Assembly: GCA_964561165.1 (NCBI GenBank)
Contig: CAZLOJ010000001.1
Coordinates: 7,269 to 71,268, forward strand
Length of the DNA: 64,000 bases
Source: an uncultured Bifidobacterium sp.
GTDB taxonomy: Bacteria > Actinomycetota > Actinomycetes > Nanopelagicales > Nanopelagicaceae
Reading direction: 5' to 3'
Notes under the pieces: generated by a model
Seen by the model: the letters and a program-made list of their open reading frames with translations, nothing else
Database searches by the model: none
Told to the model about the DNA's origin: nothing
In this document: positions 1-8,819 of the stretch, piece after piece
How positions within the stretch are numbered: position 1 is the first letter of the stretch
How the letters are laid out: each line of letters opens with the position of its first letter
Made by a program: the position numbers and the translations under genes

Positions 1-480
1 TGAATTCTTTAAGGCTAATCCTGCATTGATAACGTCGGCACTGTAATCCATCCGAAACTTCAATTGACTATCTGGATCATCGTCACCAAATGAATGGTTG
101 CGGTAATCGGTATGGAGTACGACAAAACCACGCGCGGCTAAATAATCTTGCTCCCGACGCATTCCTTGACCATTCTTATAGATATTAGGGTTGATGTACC
201 CGTGCCCTAAGACAACGCCAGGAAATGGTCCTTTCCCTTTTGGCGTGTATAGAACTCCGGAGACTTTAAGGTCATCGCTGCGGTAGGTCACTGAATGTTT
301 GGTGTAGGTACTTGTTTGAGTTAATAATTTAATAAGCGTCAAATCTGAACCATTAAATTTTTTCGCTGCAAGCGCAGCAAGTGAAACTTCGGCAGGAGTG
401 AGCCCTGTAGCTGAAACGCTCGAAGTAAAAATAGCTGTGAATGAAATCAGAGGTACAAAAAAACGAAGAACGTTACGCAT
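1..480 (-). CDS. Exported alpha/beta-hydrolase (dienelactone hydrolase / S9 peptidase-like). Only the N-terminal 160 codons are present; the C-terminus lies beyond the left window edge.
   Basis: Own translation of the minus strand from ATG 478-480: MRNVLRFFVPLISFTAIFTSSVSATGL... (signal-like), ...VLYTPKGKGPFPGVVLGHGYINP...ARGFVVLHTDYRN. The frame is open to base 1. It is absent from the ORF track because it has no stop in the window. Confidence 0.55.
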   Translation of the reverse strand, partial: MRNVLRFFVPLISFTAIFTSSVSATGLTPAEVSLAALAAKKFNGSDLTLIKLLTQTSTYTKHSVTYRSDDLKVSGVLYTPKGKGPFPGVVLGHGYINPNIYKNGQGMRREQDYLAARGFVVLHTDYRNHSFGDDDPDSQLKFRMDYSADVINAGLALKNS

Positions 481-485
481 GTTTT

Positions 486-1886
486 TTATTCGTAACGCCG
501 GCTTCCTGCGCCAATAGTGATGGTGCGAATAAAGGAGTAAAAGGCAAGGCCTTCTTTACCCTGTTCACGCTCGCCATAGGAAGAATCCTTCGTGCCGCCA
601 ACGGGTGCATGGAAATCAAGTCCTGCTGTTGGGGCATTTACCTTCACCATTCCAGTCTTGAGGTTTTGCGCGACTCGAATGGTCGCCTCAAGATCACGAC
701 CATGGACGCTGCCAGTTAAGCCAAAGCGAACGCTATTTGCTGAATCAATCGCCTCGCCCACGCTCTTTGCGCGAATGACTCCAGCAATCGGACCAAAAGT
801 TTCTTCCTGATTGAACTGATCGTCAGCGCTCAAATCGGCAATCAGCGTTGGTGCATAAAACCAACCATCCCGGTCCACTGGTCCGCCACCGGTGAGTACT
901 TTGCCGCCACGAGCAATTGCACCCTGCGCAGCATTCACTACATCAGTGCGTGCGCTATCAGAAATAACTGGACCAACGAGAACGCCATCGGTCGCTGGAT
1001 CATTTGGAGCGAGTTTCTCAACTCCTGCAACCAGCGCATCGGTAACTTCCTTGTACCGGGCATCATCACCAACGACAATTATGCGACTTGTTGCTGTGCA
1101 CTTCTGGCCGGCAAAACTCATCGACGCGTTAGAAAGATGTGCAACGGTAAGTGCAAGATCAGCATCCGGTAACACAATCGCAGGATTCTGACCGCCCATC
1201 TCTGCTTGCACTGGCTTTCCTAATTTTGCAGCTTGCGCGACAATCTGAGATCCAACCTCTGATGAACCAGTAAATGAAATAACATCAGAGAATTCAATAA
1301 TTGCCTGACCACATTCTGCGCCACCTATGAGAACTTGGAATAGATCCTTTGGTAGCGATTGCGCAAATATCTCTTCGATTAATCGTGCGACGCCAATTGC
1401 CATTCCGCTTGGCTTCATCACAACGGCATTTCCTACGGCGAGCGCAGGAGCTGCCTTCCAAACCGGAATAGCAATAGGAAAATTCCACGGAGTGATTAAT
1501 CCAGCGACGCCGTACGGATCGCGCACTGCCATGAGATAACCAGGAGTGGTCGGTGGAATTACCGTGCCAATCGGATCGATAGCTGCTTGTGCGTTGTAAT
1601 CCAAAATTGCAATTGCACGAGCCACTTCACCCTTTGCTTCGACAATCGGTTTACCCACTTCGCGAGTAATCAACGCAGCCATCTCAGCGCTGCGAGCGCG
1701 CAGACCTTCTGCGCAACCACGAAGCGCCGCGGCGCGCGCCATCGCGTTCTCACTCCACGCTTTCTGTGCAGTGCGGGCGCGCAGCACCGCTGCTGCTACC
1801 TCAGATGCGGTAAGCGCCGGCGCTTCTAACACGACATCGCTTGGCTGCTGTGGACTGGTACTGGTGATCACTCTCGTTGCGCTCAT
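486..1886 (-). CDS. NAD(P)-dependent aldehyde dehydrogenase family protein
   Basis: 466 aa ORF with motifs FTGSSEVG, EMGGQNP, catalytic-Cys region AGQKCTATSR, and EETFGP. Confidence 0.9.
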   Translation of the reverse strand: MSATRVITSTSPQQPSDVVLEAPALTASEVAAAVLRARTAQKAWSENAMARAAALRGCAEGLRARSAEMAALITREVGKPIVEAKGEVARAIAILDYNAQAAIDPIGTVIPPTTPGYLMAVRDPYGVAGLITPWNFPIAIPVWKAAPALAVGNAVVMKPSGMAIGVARLIEEIFAQSLPKDLFQVLIGGAECGQAIIEFSDVISFTGSSEVGSQIVAQAAKLGKPVQAEMGGQNPAIVLPDADLALTVAHLSNASMSFAGQKCTATSRIIVVGDDARYKEVTDALVAGVEKLAPNDPATDGVLVGPVISDSARTDVVNAAQGAIARGGKVLTGGGPVDRDGWFYAPTLIADLSADDQFNQEETFGPIAGVIRAKSVGEAIDSANSVRFGLTGSVHGRDLEATIRVAQNLKTGMVKVNAPTAGLDFHAPVGGTKDSSYGEREQGKEGLAFYSFIRTITIGAGSRRYE

Positions 1887-1948
1887 GAGAGGAGATTAGC
1901 CAAGTTCGGCCAGCGAGATAAACTTGATGATGAAGGGGGTCAATCCAC

Positions 1949-3388
1949 ATGACTTTCAATGACGAAAAGCCTGTCACCACCTCGTACGACCTCCCTGTTA
2001 CCGAGCCACTTCGTGAATTAATGCGTCGTGGGTGGGCTGCGCCACACAGTGACCCTGTAGTTCCTGCCGAGAGCGCGCCATGGGCTGCCACTCGACGGGC
2101 AAAGCTCAGCTCACTCTTTGCTGGCAAACGCTTATTAATCCCTGCCGGTTTATTCAAAGTTCGCAACAACGATTGTGATTACACCTTCAGGGCAAACTCA
2201 GCCTTCATACATCTGACTGGCATGGTTACTGGCGACATCGTTCCCGAGTCAGTTCTCCTCTTTGAACCCACAACAACTGGCCACGATGTCACGCTCTTTG
2301 TTCATCCAAAGAACGATCGCAATCTTGAAACTTTTTATCGCGATCGCCGACATGGTGAATTCTGGGTTGGTCGATATCCCGCGCTTGCTGAACTAAAAAA
2401 CAAATACCAAATTGCCGCTCGGAATGTTAAAGAGTTAGATGAATTTCTCCTGACCAAGAAAGACACCCTTGTTCATCGAGGAGAAGATGCAAAACTTGAT
2501 GCTCTTATTCCTGCGCATGAAAAAGATAACCAATTGACTGTCGCACTCTCGGAACTTCGATTGATTAAGGACGAATACGAGATTGCCCAGATGCGCAAAG
2601 CCGTTAATGCAACTATTCGCGGCTTTGCTGATGTGGTGAAATCTCTCCCCGAGGCAATGGGTAATCCACGCGGTGAACGAGTGATTGATGGCACCTTCTA
2701 TCGCCGCGCACGGATTGACGGAAATGAGCTTGGTTATAACACTATTGCTGCTGCGGGTGCGCATGCATGTGTGCTCCATTGGATTCGTAATGATGGCCCG
2801 GCGCTCTCTGGAGATTTGCTCCTTCTTGATGCTGGAGTTGAAGTAGAGAGCTACTACACCGCGGATATCACACGCACCATCCCGTTAAATGGGAAATTCA
2901 CTGCACCACAACGTGAGATTTACAAGTTAGTTCTAGCCGCACAAGAAGCGGGAATTCAAGCTGTAAAACCAGGAGCGAAATATCGCGATATCAATAGCGC
3001 TTGCATGAAAGTTCTCGCGGAAGGTCTAGCGAAACTTGGCGTGCTCTCAGTAAGCGCCGAAGAATCACTCGATCCCAATGTTGGTCTACATCGACGATGG
3101 AGCGTCCATGCTTCCGGACATATGTTGGGCATTGATGTTCACGACTGTGCGAAAGCGCGCAGTGAACAATATTTAGATGGCGAATTGGCTGTTGGCCATG
3201 TTCTCACTGTGGAGCCAGGTCTCTACATTCAACCGGATGATCTGCTCTTTCCTGAGGAGTACCGCGGTATAGGCGTCCGAATCGAAGATGACGTGCTAGT
3301 GACAGAAGATGGTGCAGAGGTTCTTAGCCGCGAACTTCCGCGCGATCCTGATTCACTTGAATCGTGGATGAGTTCACTACTTCGCTAG
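1949..3388 (+). CDS. pepP: Xaa-Pro aminopeptidase (M24B)
   Basis: 479 aa with motifs HASGHMLGIDVHD, VEPGLYI and GVRIEDDV. SD-like GAAGGGGG lies upstream of the ATG. Confidence 0.88.
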   Translation: MTFNDEKPVTTSYDLPVTEPLRELMRRGWAAPHSDPVVPAESAPWAATRRAKLSSLFAGKRLLIPAGLFKVRNNDCDYTFRANSAFIHLTGMVTGDIVPESVLLFEPTTTGHDVTLFVHPKNDRNLETFYRDRRHGEFWVGRYPALAELKNKYQIAARNVKELDEFLLTKKDTLVHRGEDAKLDALIPAHEKDNQLTVALSELRLIKDEYEIAQMRKAVNATIRGFADVVKSLPEAMGNPRGERVIDGTFYRRARIDGNELGYNTIAAAGAHACVLHWIRNDGPALSGDLLLLDAGVEVESYYTADITRTIPLNGKFTAPQREIYKLVLAAQEAGIQAVKPGAKYRDINSACMKVLAEGLAKLGVLSVSAEESLDPNVGLHRRWSVHASGHMLGIDVHDCAKARSEQYLDGELAVGHVLTVEPGLYIQPDDLLFPEEYRGIGVRIEDDVLVTEDGAEVLSRELPRDPDSLESWMSSLLR

Positions 3389-3515
3389 GAACAGGGCATG
3401 GCGCCCCATCACAACAATTAGTTTTCATGTGGCAATGAGGACATAACCAACGCGTAGCCACTGGATCATAAGCAACGCCGCAGAAATCGCAGGGCATCTG
3501 ATTATTTGCGCTCAC
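3324..3515 (-). CDS. Small Cys-rich (zinc-ribbon-like) protein of unknown function
   Basis: 63-codon ORF (GTG 3515; alternative ATG 3497 giving MPCDFCG...). Cys pattern is CxxC-x13-CxxC-x5-CC-x4-C. It lies 9 nt downstream of crcB and its 3' end overlaps the convergent pepP end by 65 nt. No clear SD. Confidence 0.35.
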   Translation of the reverse strand: MSANNQMPCDFCGVAYDPVATRWLCPHCHMKTNCCDGAPCPVPSEVVNSSTIQVNQDRAEVRG

Positions 3516-3524
3516 GAAACTATG

Positions 3525-3860
3525 TTAGCTAGCCAACGTCCTGCCAAGCCCTGCGGCGAGGATTCCAACAATTAGTGTCGCGAACATATTGGCAAGAAAG
3601 CGGCGAGGATGACGAAGATCCTTATTCAAATCAAGTGCAAAAGCCGACCAGGTTGTAAATGCGCCCGCAAAACCGATGCCTAATAGCGCCAACGTCTCTG
3701 AGGAAGCCTTCGAAATAATCCCTAGCAAAAAAGAGCCCGCCACATTAACAAGCAAAATACCACCGGGGAATGAGATGCGACTGCGAAATTGATGATCGAC
3801 GTAATAGCGAAGCGGCGCGCCAAAGAAGGCGCCGAGTGCAACTAGCAGCGCAGTGCTCAT
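3525..3860 (-). CDS. crcB: Fluoride channel CrcB/FluC, subunit 2
   Basis: 111 aa, four hydrophobic segments, with GAPLRY and GAFTTWSAF motifs typical of CrcB. 4-nt overlap with the upstream crcB paralogue. Confidence 0.85.
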   Translation of the reverse strand: MSTALLVALGAFFGAPLRYYVDHQFRSRISFPGGILLVNVAGSFLLGIISKASSETLALLGIGFAGAFTTWSAFALDLNKDLRHPRRFLANMFATLIVGILAAGLGRTLAS

Positions 3861-4201
3861 GCAGCACCAGCTCTAATCACTCGAATTATTGCAAGGGAGA
3901 GGATTAACGAGGCAATTATGTAGAGACCTGCTTGGGCGAGCGTTAAGTCATACAGTAAAAGTGCGAAAGCGGAATACGTGGTAAATCCGCCAGAAAAACC
4001 TGAAATGAGAAATAAGCGCTGGTCAGTAGTGAGCGTGAGGCGATACGTACAAACCGCAGCAACAGCAACACCAAAGAGATTGACGATAAATGTTGCTAGG
4101 GCAATGTCCGAAAATATCTCATCGATTCCGTAACGAGAGAGCGCTCCAACAACCCCGCCAACTCCTACTAAGAAGAGATGGCGCAGGTGGAGCTGTTCCA
4201 C
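3857..4201 (-). CDS. crcB: Fluoride channel CrcB/FluC, subunit 1
   Basis: 114 aa with GALSRY and GGFTTYSAF motifs. The GTG start directly abuts the sdhB TAA (4202-4204). Confidence 0.85.
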   Translation of the reverse strand: MEQLHLRHLFLVGVGGVVGALSRYGIDEIFSDIALATFIVNLFGVAVAAVCTYRLTLTTDQRLFLISGFSGGFTTYSAFALLLYDLTLAQAGLYIIASLILSLAIIRVIRAGAA

Positions 4202-4963
4202 TTAGGAAATATCCTCGCGCTTACGAATCTTCGAACCGAGCCAGCGAACTGGATCATATTTCACATCCACAACGCGCTCTTTCATCGGAATGATTGCGTT
4301 GTCGGTAATGCGAATATGTTCTGGACATACCTCGGTACAGCACTTCGTGATGTTGCACATACCAAGACCATGGTTCTCTTGCGCAGTTTGCTTCCGGTTT
4401 CGCAGCGTGTCTAGTGGGTGCATATCTAGCTCAGCGATACGAATGAAGAATCGTGGACCAGCGAACGACTTCTTATTCTCCTCGTGATCACGAATCACGT
4501 GGCAGGTATCCTGGCAAAGGAAACATTCGATGCACTTACGGAATTCTTGGCTCCGCTCAACATCAATCTGCTCCATCCGAGCCTCACCTGGCTTCAAGTT
4601 CGCAGGTGGTGCATAAGCAGGGATTTCCATCGCTTTTTTATAGTTAAACGAAACATCAGTTACGAGGTCGCGAATCACTGGGAATGCACGTAGCGGTGTT
4701 ACCGTGATGGTCTCACCCTCTTCGAATGAGTTCATTCGAGTCATACAGGCAAGACGTGGCTTACCGTTGATCTCCATAGAGCATGAACCGCATTTACCAG
4801 CTTTGCAATTCCAGCGGACAGCAAGATCAGGAAGTTGGGTTGCCTGTACTCGATGAATCACATCAAGCACCACTTCACCTTCGTTGGCATCGACAGTAAC
4901 AGTATGGAAATCGCCACCATCTTTATTTCCACGCCAGATGCGTAGCTTAATTGGACGTGCCAT
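4202..4963 (-). CDS. sdhB: Succinate dehydrogenase/fumarate reductase iron-sulfur subunit
   Basis: 253 aa with Cys clusters CKAGKCGSCSMEING, CIECFLCQDTC and CTEVCP. Confidence 0.92.
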   Translation of the reverse strand: MARPIKLRIWRGNKDGGDFHTVTVDANEGEVVLDVIHRVQATQLPDLAVRWNCKAGKCGSCSMEINGKPRLACMTRMNSFEEGETITVTPLRAFPVIRDLVTDVSFNYKKAMEIPAYAPPANLKPGEARMEQIDVERSQEFRKCIECFLCQDTCHVIRDHEENKKSFAGPRFFIRIAELDMHPLDTLRNRKQTAQENHGLGMCNITKCCTEVCPEHIRITDNAIIPMKERVVDVKYDPVRWLGSKIRKREDIS

Positions 4964-6852
4964 TAGTTGGACCCGCCTTTCACTCCGGCTAATTCATCTT
5001 CGGTGAAATATTTAGCCAACTCACTCTTCTCGAAAAGTCCAGCGAGTTCATCAGGAAGCATTTTCGCTCGCTCTTGGACACACTTCACACTAGTACCCTC
5101 GACGGAAGAGACGTTATTGACCTGACGCCACTTCGAATCCATCTTTGGGAAATCTTCTCGAGTATGACCACCGCGTGACTCTTCACGAATGAGTGCAGAG
5201 CGCGCCATACATTCAGAGACAAGAAGCATGTTCTCTAAATCGAGCGCAAGGTGGAAACCTGGATTGAACTCACGACCACCACTGACTGAAACGTTCTTGA
5301 TTCGCTCCCTAAACTTTGCGAGTTTCTCAAGGGACTCTTCGAGTTCTTTCTTAGTTCGGATGATTCCAACGAGATCATTAGTCGTTTGCTGTAGCTCTTG
5401 GTGAATCGTGTAAGGATTCTCGCCACCAGTATTTGTGAAAGGCTCATTTAGTCGCTCTTGTGCGCGCTTGATTGTTCCTTCAGAGAGCGTTGGCTTAGCA
5501 GAGTTACCTTTGAGATACGCCACAGCGCCCATTCCGGCACGGCGACCAAAGACCAGGAGATCAGAGAGCGAATTGCCGCCCAGTCGGTTGGAGCCGTGCA
5601 TACCGCCAGCAACTTCTCCCGCTGCAAAAAGACCTTCTAGCCCAACAGCTGCTGCCGTGTCGGGATCAACCTGTACCCCACCCATTACATAGTGGCAGGT
5701 TGGGCCAACTTCCATCGGCTGCTCAGTGATATCGACATCAGCAAGCTCCTTGAACTGATGCCACATACTCGGCAGACGACGCTTAATCTCCTCAGCCGGC
5801 AAACGCTTTGAAACATCGAGGAAGACCCCACCATGTGGTGAACCTCGTCCAGCTTTAACTTCGGAGTTGATTGCGCGAGCGACTTCATCACGAGGAAGCA
5901 GCTCAGGCGGACGGCGATTGTTCGCTTGATCCTTGTACCAACGATCTGCCTCTTCCTCAGTATCTGCATATTTATCTTTGAATACTTCCGGAATGTAATC
6001 AAACATAAATCTGCGACCTTCAGAGTTGGTCAGTACACCACCATCTCCACGGACAGATTCAGTTACCAAGATGCCTCGTACGGATGGCGGCCAGACCATT
6101 CCCGTTGGGTGGAATTGCACAAATTCCATATCAATCAATTTTCCACCAGCACGGAGCGCAAGCGCATGTCCATCGCCCGTTCCCTCCCATGAGTTACTGG
6201 TGACTTTAAAACTCTTTCCTATTCCACCAGTAGCCAGGACGACGGCGCCGGCTTCGAAGAGAATCTCTGAACCGTCTTCGCGACGATATCCATAGACACC
6301 CGCTGCCTTGCCATTCTCTACTAATACATCAGTGATGGTGACTTCGGCGAAAACGCGAATGTGTGATTCCATATCGCCATTGTTCTTACCATCTTGTTGT
6401 TGCAATGCGACGATTCTTTGCTGCATCGTGCGAATCAATTCCAAACCTGTGCGATCGCCTACGTGTGCAAGTCGTGGGTACTCATGTCCACCAAAGTTAC
6501 GTTGCGAAATCTTTCCTTCTTTAGTGCGATCAAAGAGCGCGCCCCACATCTCAAGTTCCCATACGCGCTCTGGAGATTCTTTTGCGTGGAGTTCAGCCAT
6601 CCGCCAGTTATTGAGGAACTTGCCACCACGCATCGTGTCACGAAAGTGCACCTGCCAATTGTCAGAGGAGTTGGCGTTACCCATCGCAGCTGCAATGCCA
6701 CCTTCAGCCATAACGGTGTGCGCTTTACCAAAAAGTGACTTACAGATAATGGCGACTTTAAAACCCGCTTCGCGCGCTTCGACAGCAGCGCGAAGGCCTG
6801 CGCCACCAGCGCCAATTACGACAACATCATATGAATAGCGTTCGATACTCAT
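4963..6852 (-). CDS. sdhA: Succinate dehydrogenase/fumarate reductase flavoprotein subunit
   Basis: Motifs VVVIGAGGAGLRAA, FHPTG and ESRGGHTRED. The start is moved to the internal ATG at 6852 (MSIERYSYDVV), 10 nt after the sdhC stop. The ORF-track start 6891 would overlap sdhC. Confidence 0.92.
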   Translation of the reverse strand: MSIERYSYDVVVIGAGGAGLRAAVEAREAGFKVAIICKSLFGKAHTVMAEGGIAAAMGNANSSDNWQVHFRDTMRGGKFLNNWRMAELHAKESPERVWELEMWGALFDRTKEGKISQRNFGGHEYPRLAHVGDRTGLELIRTMQQRIVALQQQDGKNNGDMESHIRVFAEVTITDVLVENGKAAGVYGYRREDGSEILFEAGAVVLATGGIGKSFKVTSNSWEGTGDGHALALRAGGKLIDMEFVQFHPTGMVWPPSVRGILVTESVRGDGGVLTNSEGRRFMFDYIPEVFKDKYADTEEEADRWYKDQANNRRPPELLPRDEVARAINSEVKAGRGSPHGGVFLDVSKRLPAEEIKRRLPSMWHQFKELADVDITEQPMEVGPTCHYVMGGVQVDPDTAAAVGLEGLFAAGEVAGGMHGSNRLGGNSLSDLLVFGRRAGMGAVAYLKGNSAKPTLSEGTIKRAQERLNEPFTNTGGENPYTIHQELQQTTNDLVGIIRTKKELEESLEKLAKFRERIKNVSVSGGREFNPGFHLALDLENMLLVSECMARSALIREESRGGHTREDFPKMDSKWRQVNNVSSVEGTSVKCVQERAKMLPDELAGLFEKSELAKYFTEDELAGVKGGSN

Positions 6853-6862
6853 GTCACATTCC

Positions 6863-7663
6863 TTAGAAGAAGAAGTAGTTCGTGATTGCACCAGTGGAAA
6901 CTAACCGAACATATAGATCGGTCAGCGCTACACCAAAGAGTGAAATCCATGCGAACGTGGGGTGGTAGTGATTGAGCGTGGAAACATGCGTCCATAACTT
7001 GTAGCGAAGTGGATGCTTGGAGAAATGGCGAAGTCGTCCACCCACAGTGTGGCGGCAGGTGTGGCATGAAAGTGAGTAAAGCCAGAGCAGAACTGCATTC
7101 GTCAAAAGCACAAGCGTGCCAACGCTCATGCCAAAACCACCATCAGCGCCATGAAACGCTAAGAATGCGTCGTAGGTGAGAATGACGTTAAAGACCAAAC
7201 CTGCATAGAAGAACCACCGGTGCGCGTTCTGCAGAATAAGTGGTTGCTTAGTCTCTCCCGTGTATTTTTTATGTGGTTCAGCAACAGCACATGCTGGTGG
7301 TGATTGCCAGAAGGAGCGGTAGTACGCCTTACGGTAGTAATAACAAGTAAGACGGAAACCAAGTGGGAAAATCAAAATCAAAAGCGCGGGAGAAATTACA
7401 AATCCCAATAATGACGATGGTGCAAGCGATCCAAATAGTTGTGAACCTGGAACGCATGCATCCGATAAACATGGTGAATAGAACGGTGAGACCAACTCAC
7501 CTTTCTCAACAAAATAATGTTTATTCTCAAATGCGCGGAAAGTGGCATAGATGATGAAGCTGACCAGAACGAAAACAGTGATTGCAGGTTGAAGCCACCA
7601 ACGATCCGTTCGAAGCGTTCGCTCTTTAATCGCCGCTCTATGTTCGGCATGTACTCCAGCCAT
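6863..7663 (-). CDS. sdhC: Succinate dehydrogenase cytochrome b subunit (single-subunit b558-type membrane anchor)
   Basis: Multi-TM protein directly upstream of sdhA with conserved His residues in TM segments. The probable start is ATG 7663 (MAGVHAEH), preceded by AGGGTAGGTGG. The track start is 7702. Confidence 0.75.
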   Translation of the reverse strand: MAGVHAEHRAAIKERTLRTDRWWLQPAITVFVLVSFIIYATFRAFENKHYFVEKGELVSPFYSPCLSDACVPGSQLFGSLAPSSLLGFVISPALLILIFPLGFRLTCYYYRKAYYRSFWQSPPACAVAEPHKKYTGETKQPLILQNAHRWFFYAGLVFNVILTYDAFLAFHGADGGFGMSVGTLVLLTNAVLLWLYSLSCHTCRHTVGGRLRHFSKHPLRYKLWTHVSTLNHYHPTFAWISLFGVALTDLYVRLVSTGAITNYFFF

Positions 7664-7725
7664 GTGCCACCTACCCTGTGATCTCGTTATGAATACCCTC
7701 AATTTTCGCGCCTTTACTCCTATTC

Positions 7726-7767
7726 GCGCTATATAGAAGGGTGGAAAACGGCGCTATATAGAGGGTG
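7726..7767. repeat. Tandem direct repeat GCGCTATATAGA(A/-)GGGTG (2 copies, 25-bp register) upstream of sdhC
   Basis: Copy 1 is at 7726-7743 (gcgctatatagaagggtg) and copy 2 at 7751-7767 (gcgctatatagagggtg). Both contain TATATAG. Confidence 0.5.
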
Positions 7768-7806
7768 AAGTTGCCCACAGGTGGCGCTCAGGTTTCGTGG
7801 AATTTC

Positions 7807-7892
7807 TGGCGGAGGGCGAGGGATTTGAACCCTCGAAGGTTTCCCTTGCCGGTTTTCAAGACCGGTGCACTCGGCCGCTATGCGAGCCCTCC
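7807..7892 (-). tRNA. tRNA-Ser (anticodon TGA), CCA encoded
   Basis: The reverse complement folds as GGAGGGC acceptor stem / GCCCTCC-G-CCA, anticodon arm CCGGT-CTTGAAA-ACCGG, a long variable arm, and T-arm GAGGG-TTCAAAT-CCCTC. Confidence 0.9.
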
Positions 7893-7938
7893 ACCGCAAA
7901 ATCTACCCGATAGCAGATGGCTCCAGCGAATTTGCGCC

Positions 7939-8703
7939 CTACTGAAAGGCCCAGCCGCCATCGCACAGGATGGATTGACCAGTAATAAAGGCTGCATCGG
8001 GGCTGACAAGGAAGGCGACCAAGTTGGCGATATCCACTGGCATCCCTAACCGCTTTAATGATTGCGAATCAAGAATCATTCTATGTAGCGCAGCAACATC
8101 ACCATAGGCAGCTTGATCCGGAGTGGTAATTGCGCCGGGAAGAATGGAATTCACTCGAATCTCTGATGGACCAAGCTCTCGGGCAAGCACTCTGCCTAAT
8201 CCAATCAACGCCGCTTTCGCTGCGGTGTAATGGCTATTGCCTTCCATTCCTATCGATACTCGAATTGATGAGATATTTATGATGCTTCGAAAACTCCCCT
8301 CAATACTGTATTTATCGAAGGCTTTGCAGCAGAGAAAAACACCTTTGAGATTTGTGTCGGTAACTTCATCCCACGCCGCCTCATCTATCTCGCGAAAAGT
8401 AATTGCAGAGGCAACTGATGTTGCCGCGTTGTTGACTAACACCGATGGCGCTGCCAAATCGGCAGTCACTGCACTGAACATCTGCTCTACCTCAGCTGAT
8501 TTTGATACATCGCACTGATAAATCTCTGCGCTACCACCGGCACGTCTGATCTCACTCTGCACATTTAGCGCATCGCTCTTCTCGCGCTCTGAGTAGTAAT
8601 TGATCGCTACCGGGAAACCATCTGCAGCAAGCCGGAGCGCAATTGCCGCGCCGATATTCCGTGAGGCGCCTGTTACGACCGCGCTAGTTGGTGATGAGGT
8701 CAC
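7939..8703 (-). CDS. Short-chain dehydrogenase/reductase (FabG-like)
   Basis: Motifs TGASRNIGAAIA (cofactor binding), NNAA and YTAAKAA. The probable start is GTG 8703 (VTSSPTSAVVTGAS). The track start is 8787. Confidence 0.85.
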   Translation of the reverse strand: MTSSPTSAVVTGASRNIGAAIALRLAADGFPVAINYYSEREKSDALNVQSEIRRAGGSAEIYQCDVSKSAEVEQMFSAVTADLAAPSVLVNNAATSVASAITFREIDEAAWDEVTDTNLKGVFLCCKAFDKYSIEGSFRSIINISSIRVSIGMEGNSHYTAAKAALIGLGRVLARELGPSEIRVNSILPGAITTPDQAAYGDVAALHRMILDSQSLKRLGMPVDIANLVAFLVSPDAAFITGQSILCDGGWAFQ

Positions 8704-8819
8704 GTGCTTACTCTCTGATAAACCAGGCTGCGAAGCAAGGGCGTTACATTTTCCGCTATACGGAAGAGCTTCCACCCTCCGGTACATTTGGCGAACCGAA
8801 AGAACTGGCCAGGGGAGTC

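Noticed and set aside
4199-4260. Fluoride riboswitch (crcB motif) upstream of crcB
   Set aside because: The crcB start abuts the sdhB stop codon. The upstream sequence is sdhB coding sequence, and I could not see the conserved riboswitch core.
6308-6838. 176-aa plus-strand ORF (and several others at 5189-6738) inside sdhA
   Set aside because: It is antisense to a strongly supported flavoprotein gene. The composition is Ser/Pro/Arg/Cys-rich, typical of shadow frames, and there is no start context. I treat it as a non-coding shadow ORF.
6853-6891. N-terminal extensions given by the longest-ORF track. Examples: sdhA 6891, sdhC 7702, dnaA 26772, pheA 12616, ppiA 16658, trpG 15736, crgA 15701, IclR 8688, SDR 8787, CE4 45831, NRAMP 45839.
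   Set aside because: The extensions overlap upstream genes or lack homology-like sequence. Internal ATG/GTG codons with SD-like sequences give N-termini that match the family patterns, so the shorter starts were used.
7807-7892. tRNA-linked genomic island or integrase at tRNA-Ser (and at tRNA-Ala/Ile, 17213-17586)
   Set aside because: There is no integrase, no direct repeat of the tRNA 3' end, and the flanking genes are conserved housekeeping genes.
7765-8049. 94-aa ORF running across tRNA-Ser
   Set aside because: It contains the complement of a complete tRNA-Ser cloverleaf. It is an artefact of the six-frame scan.
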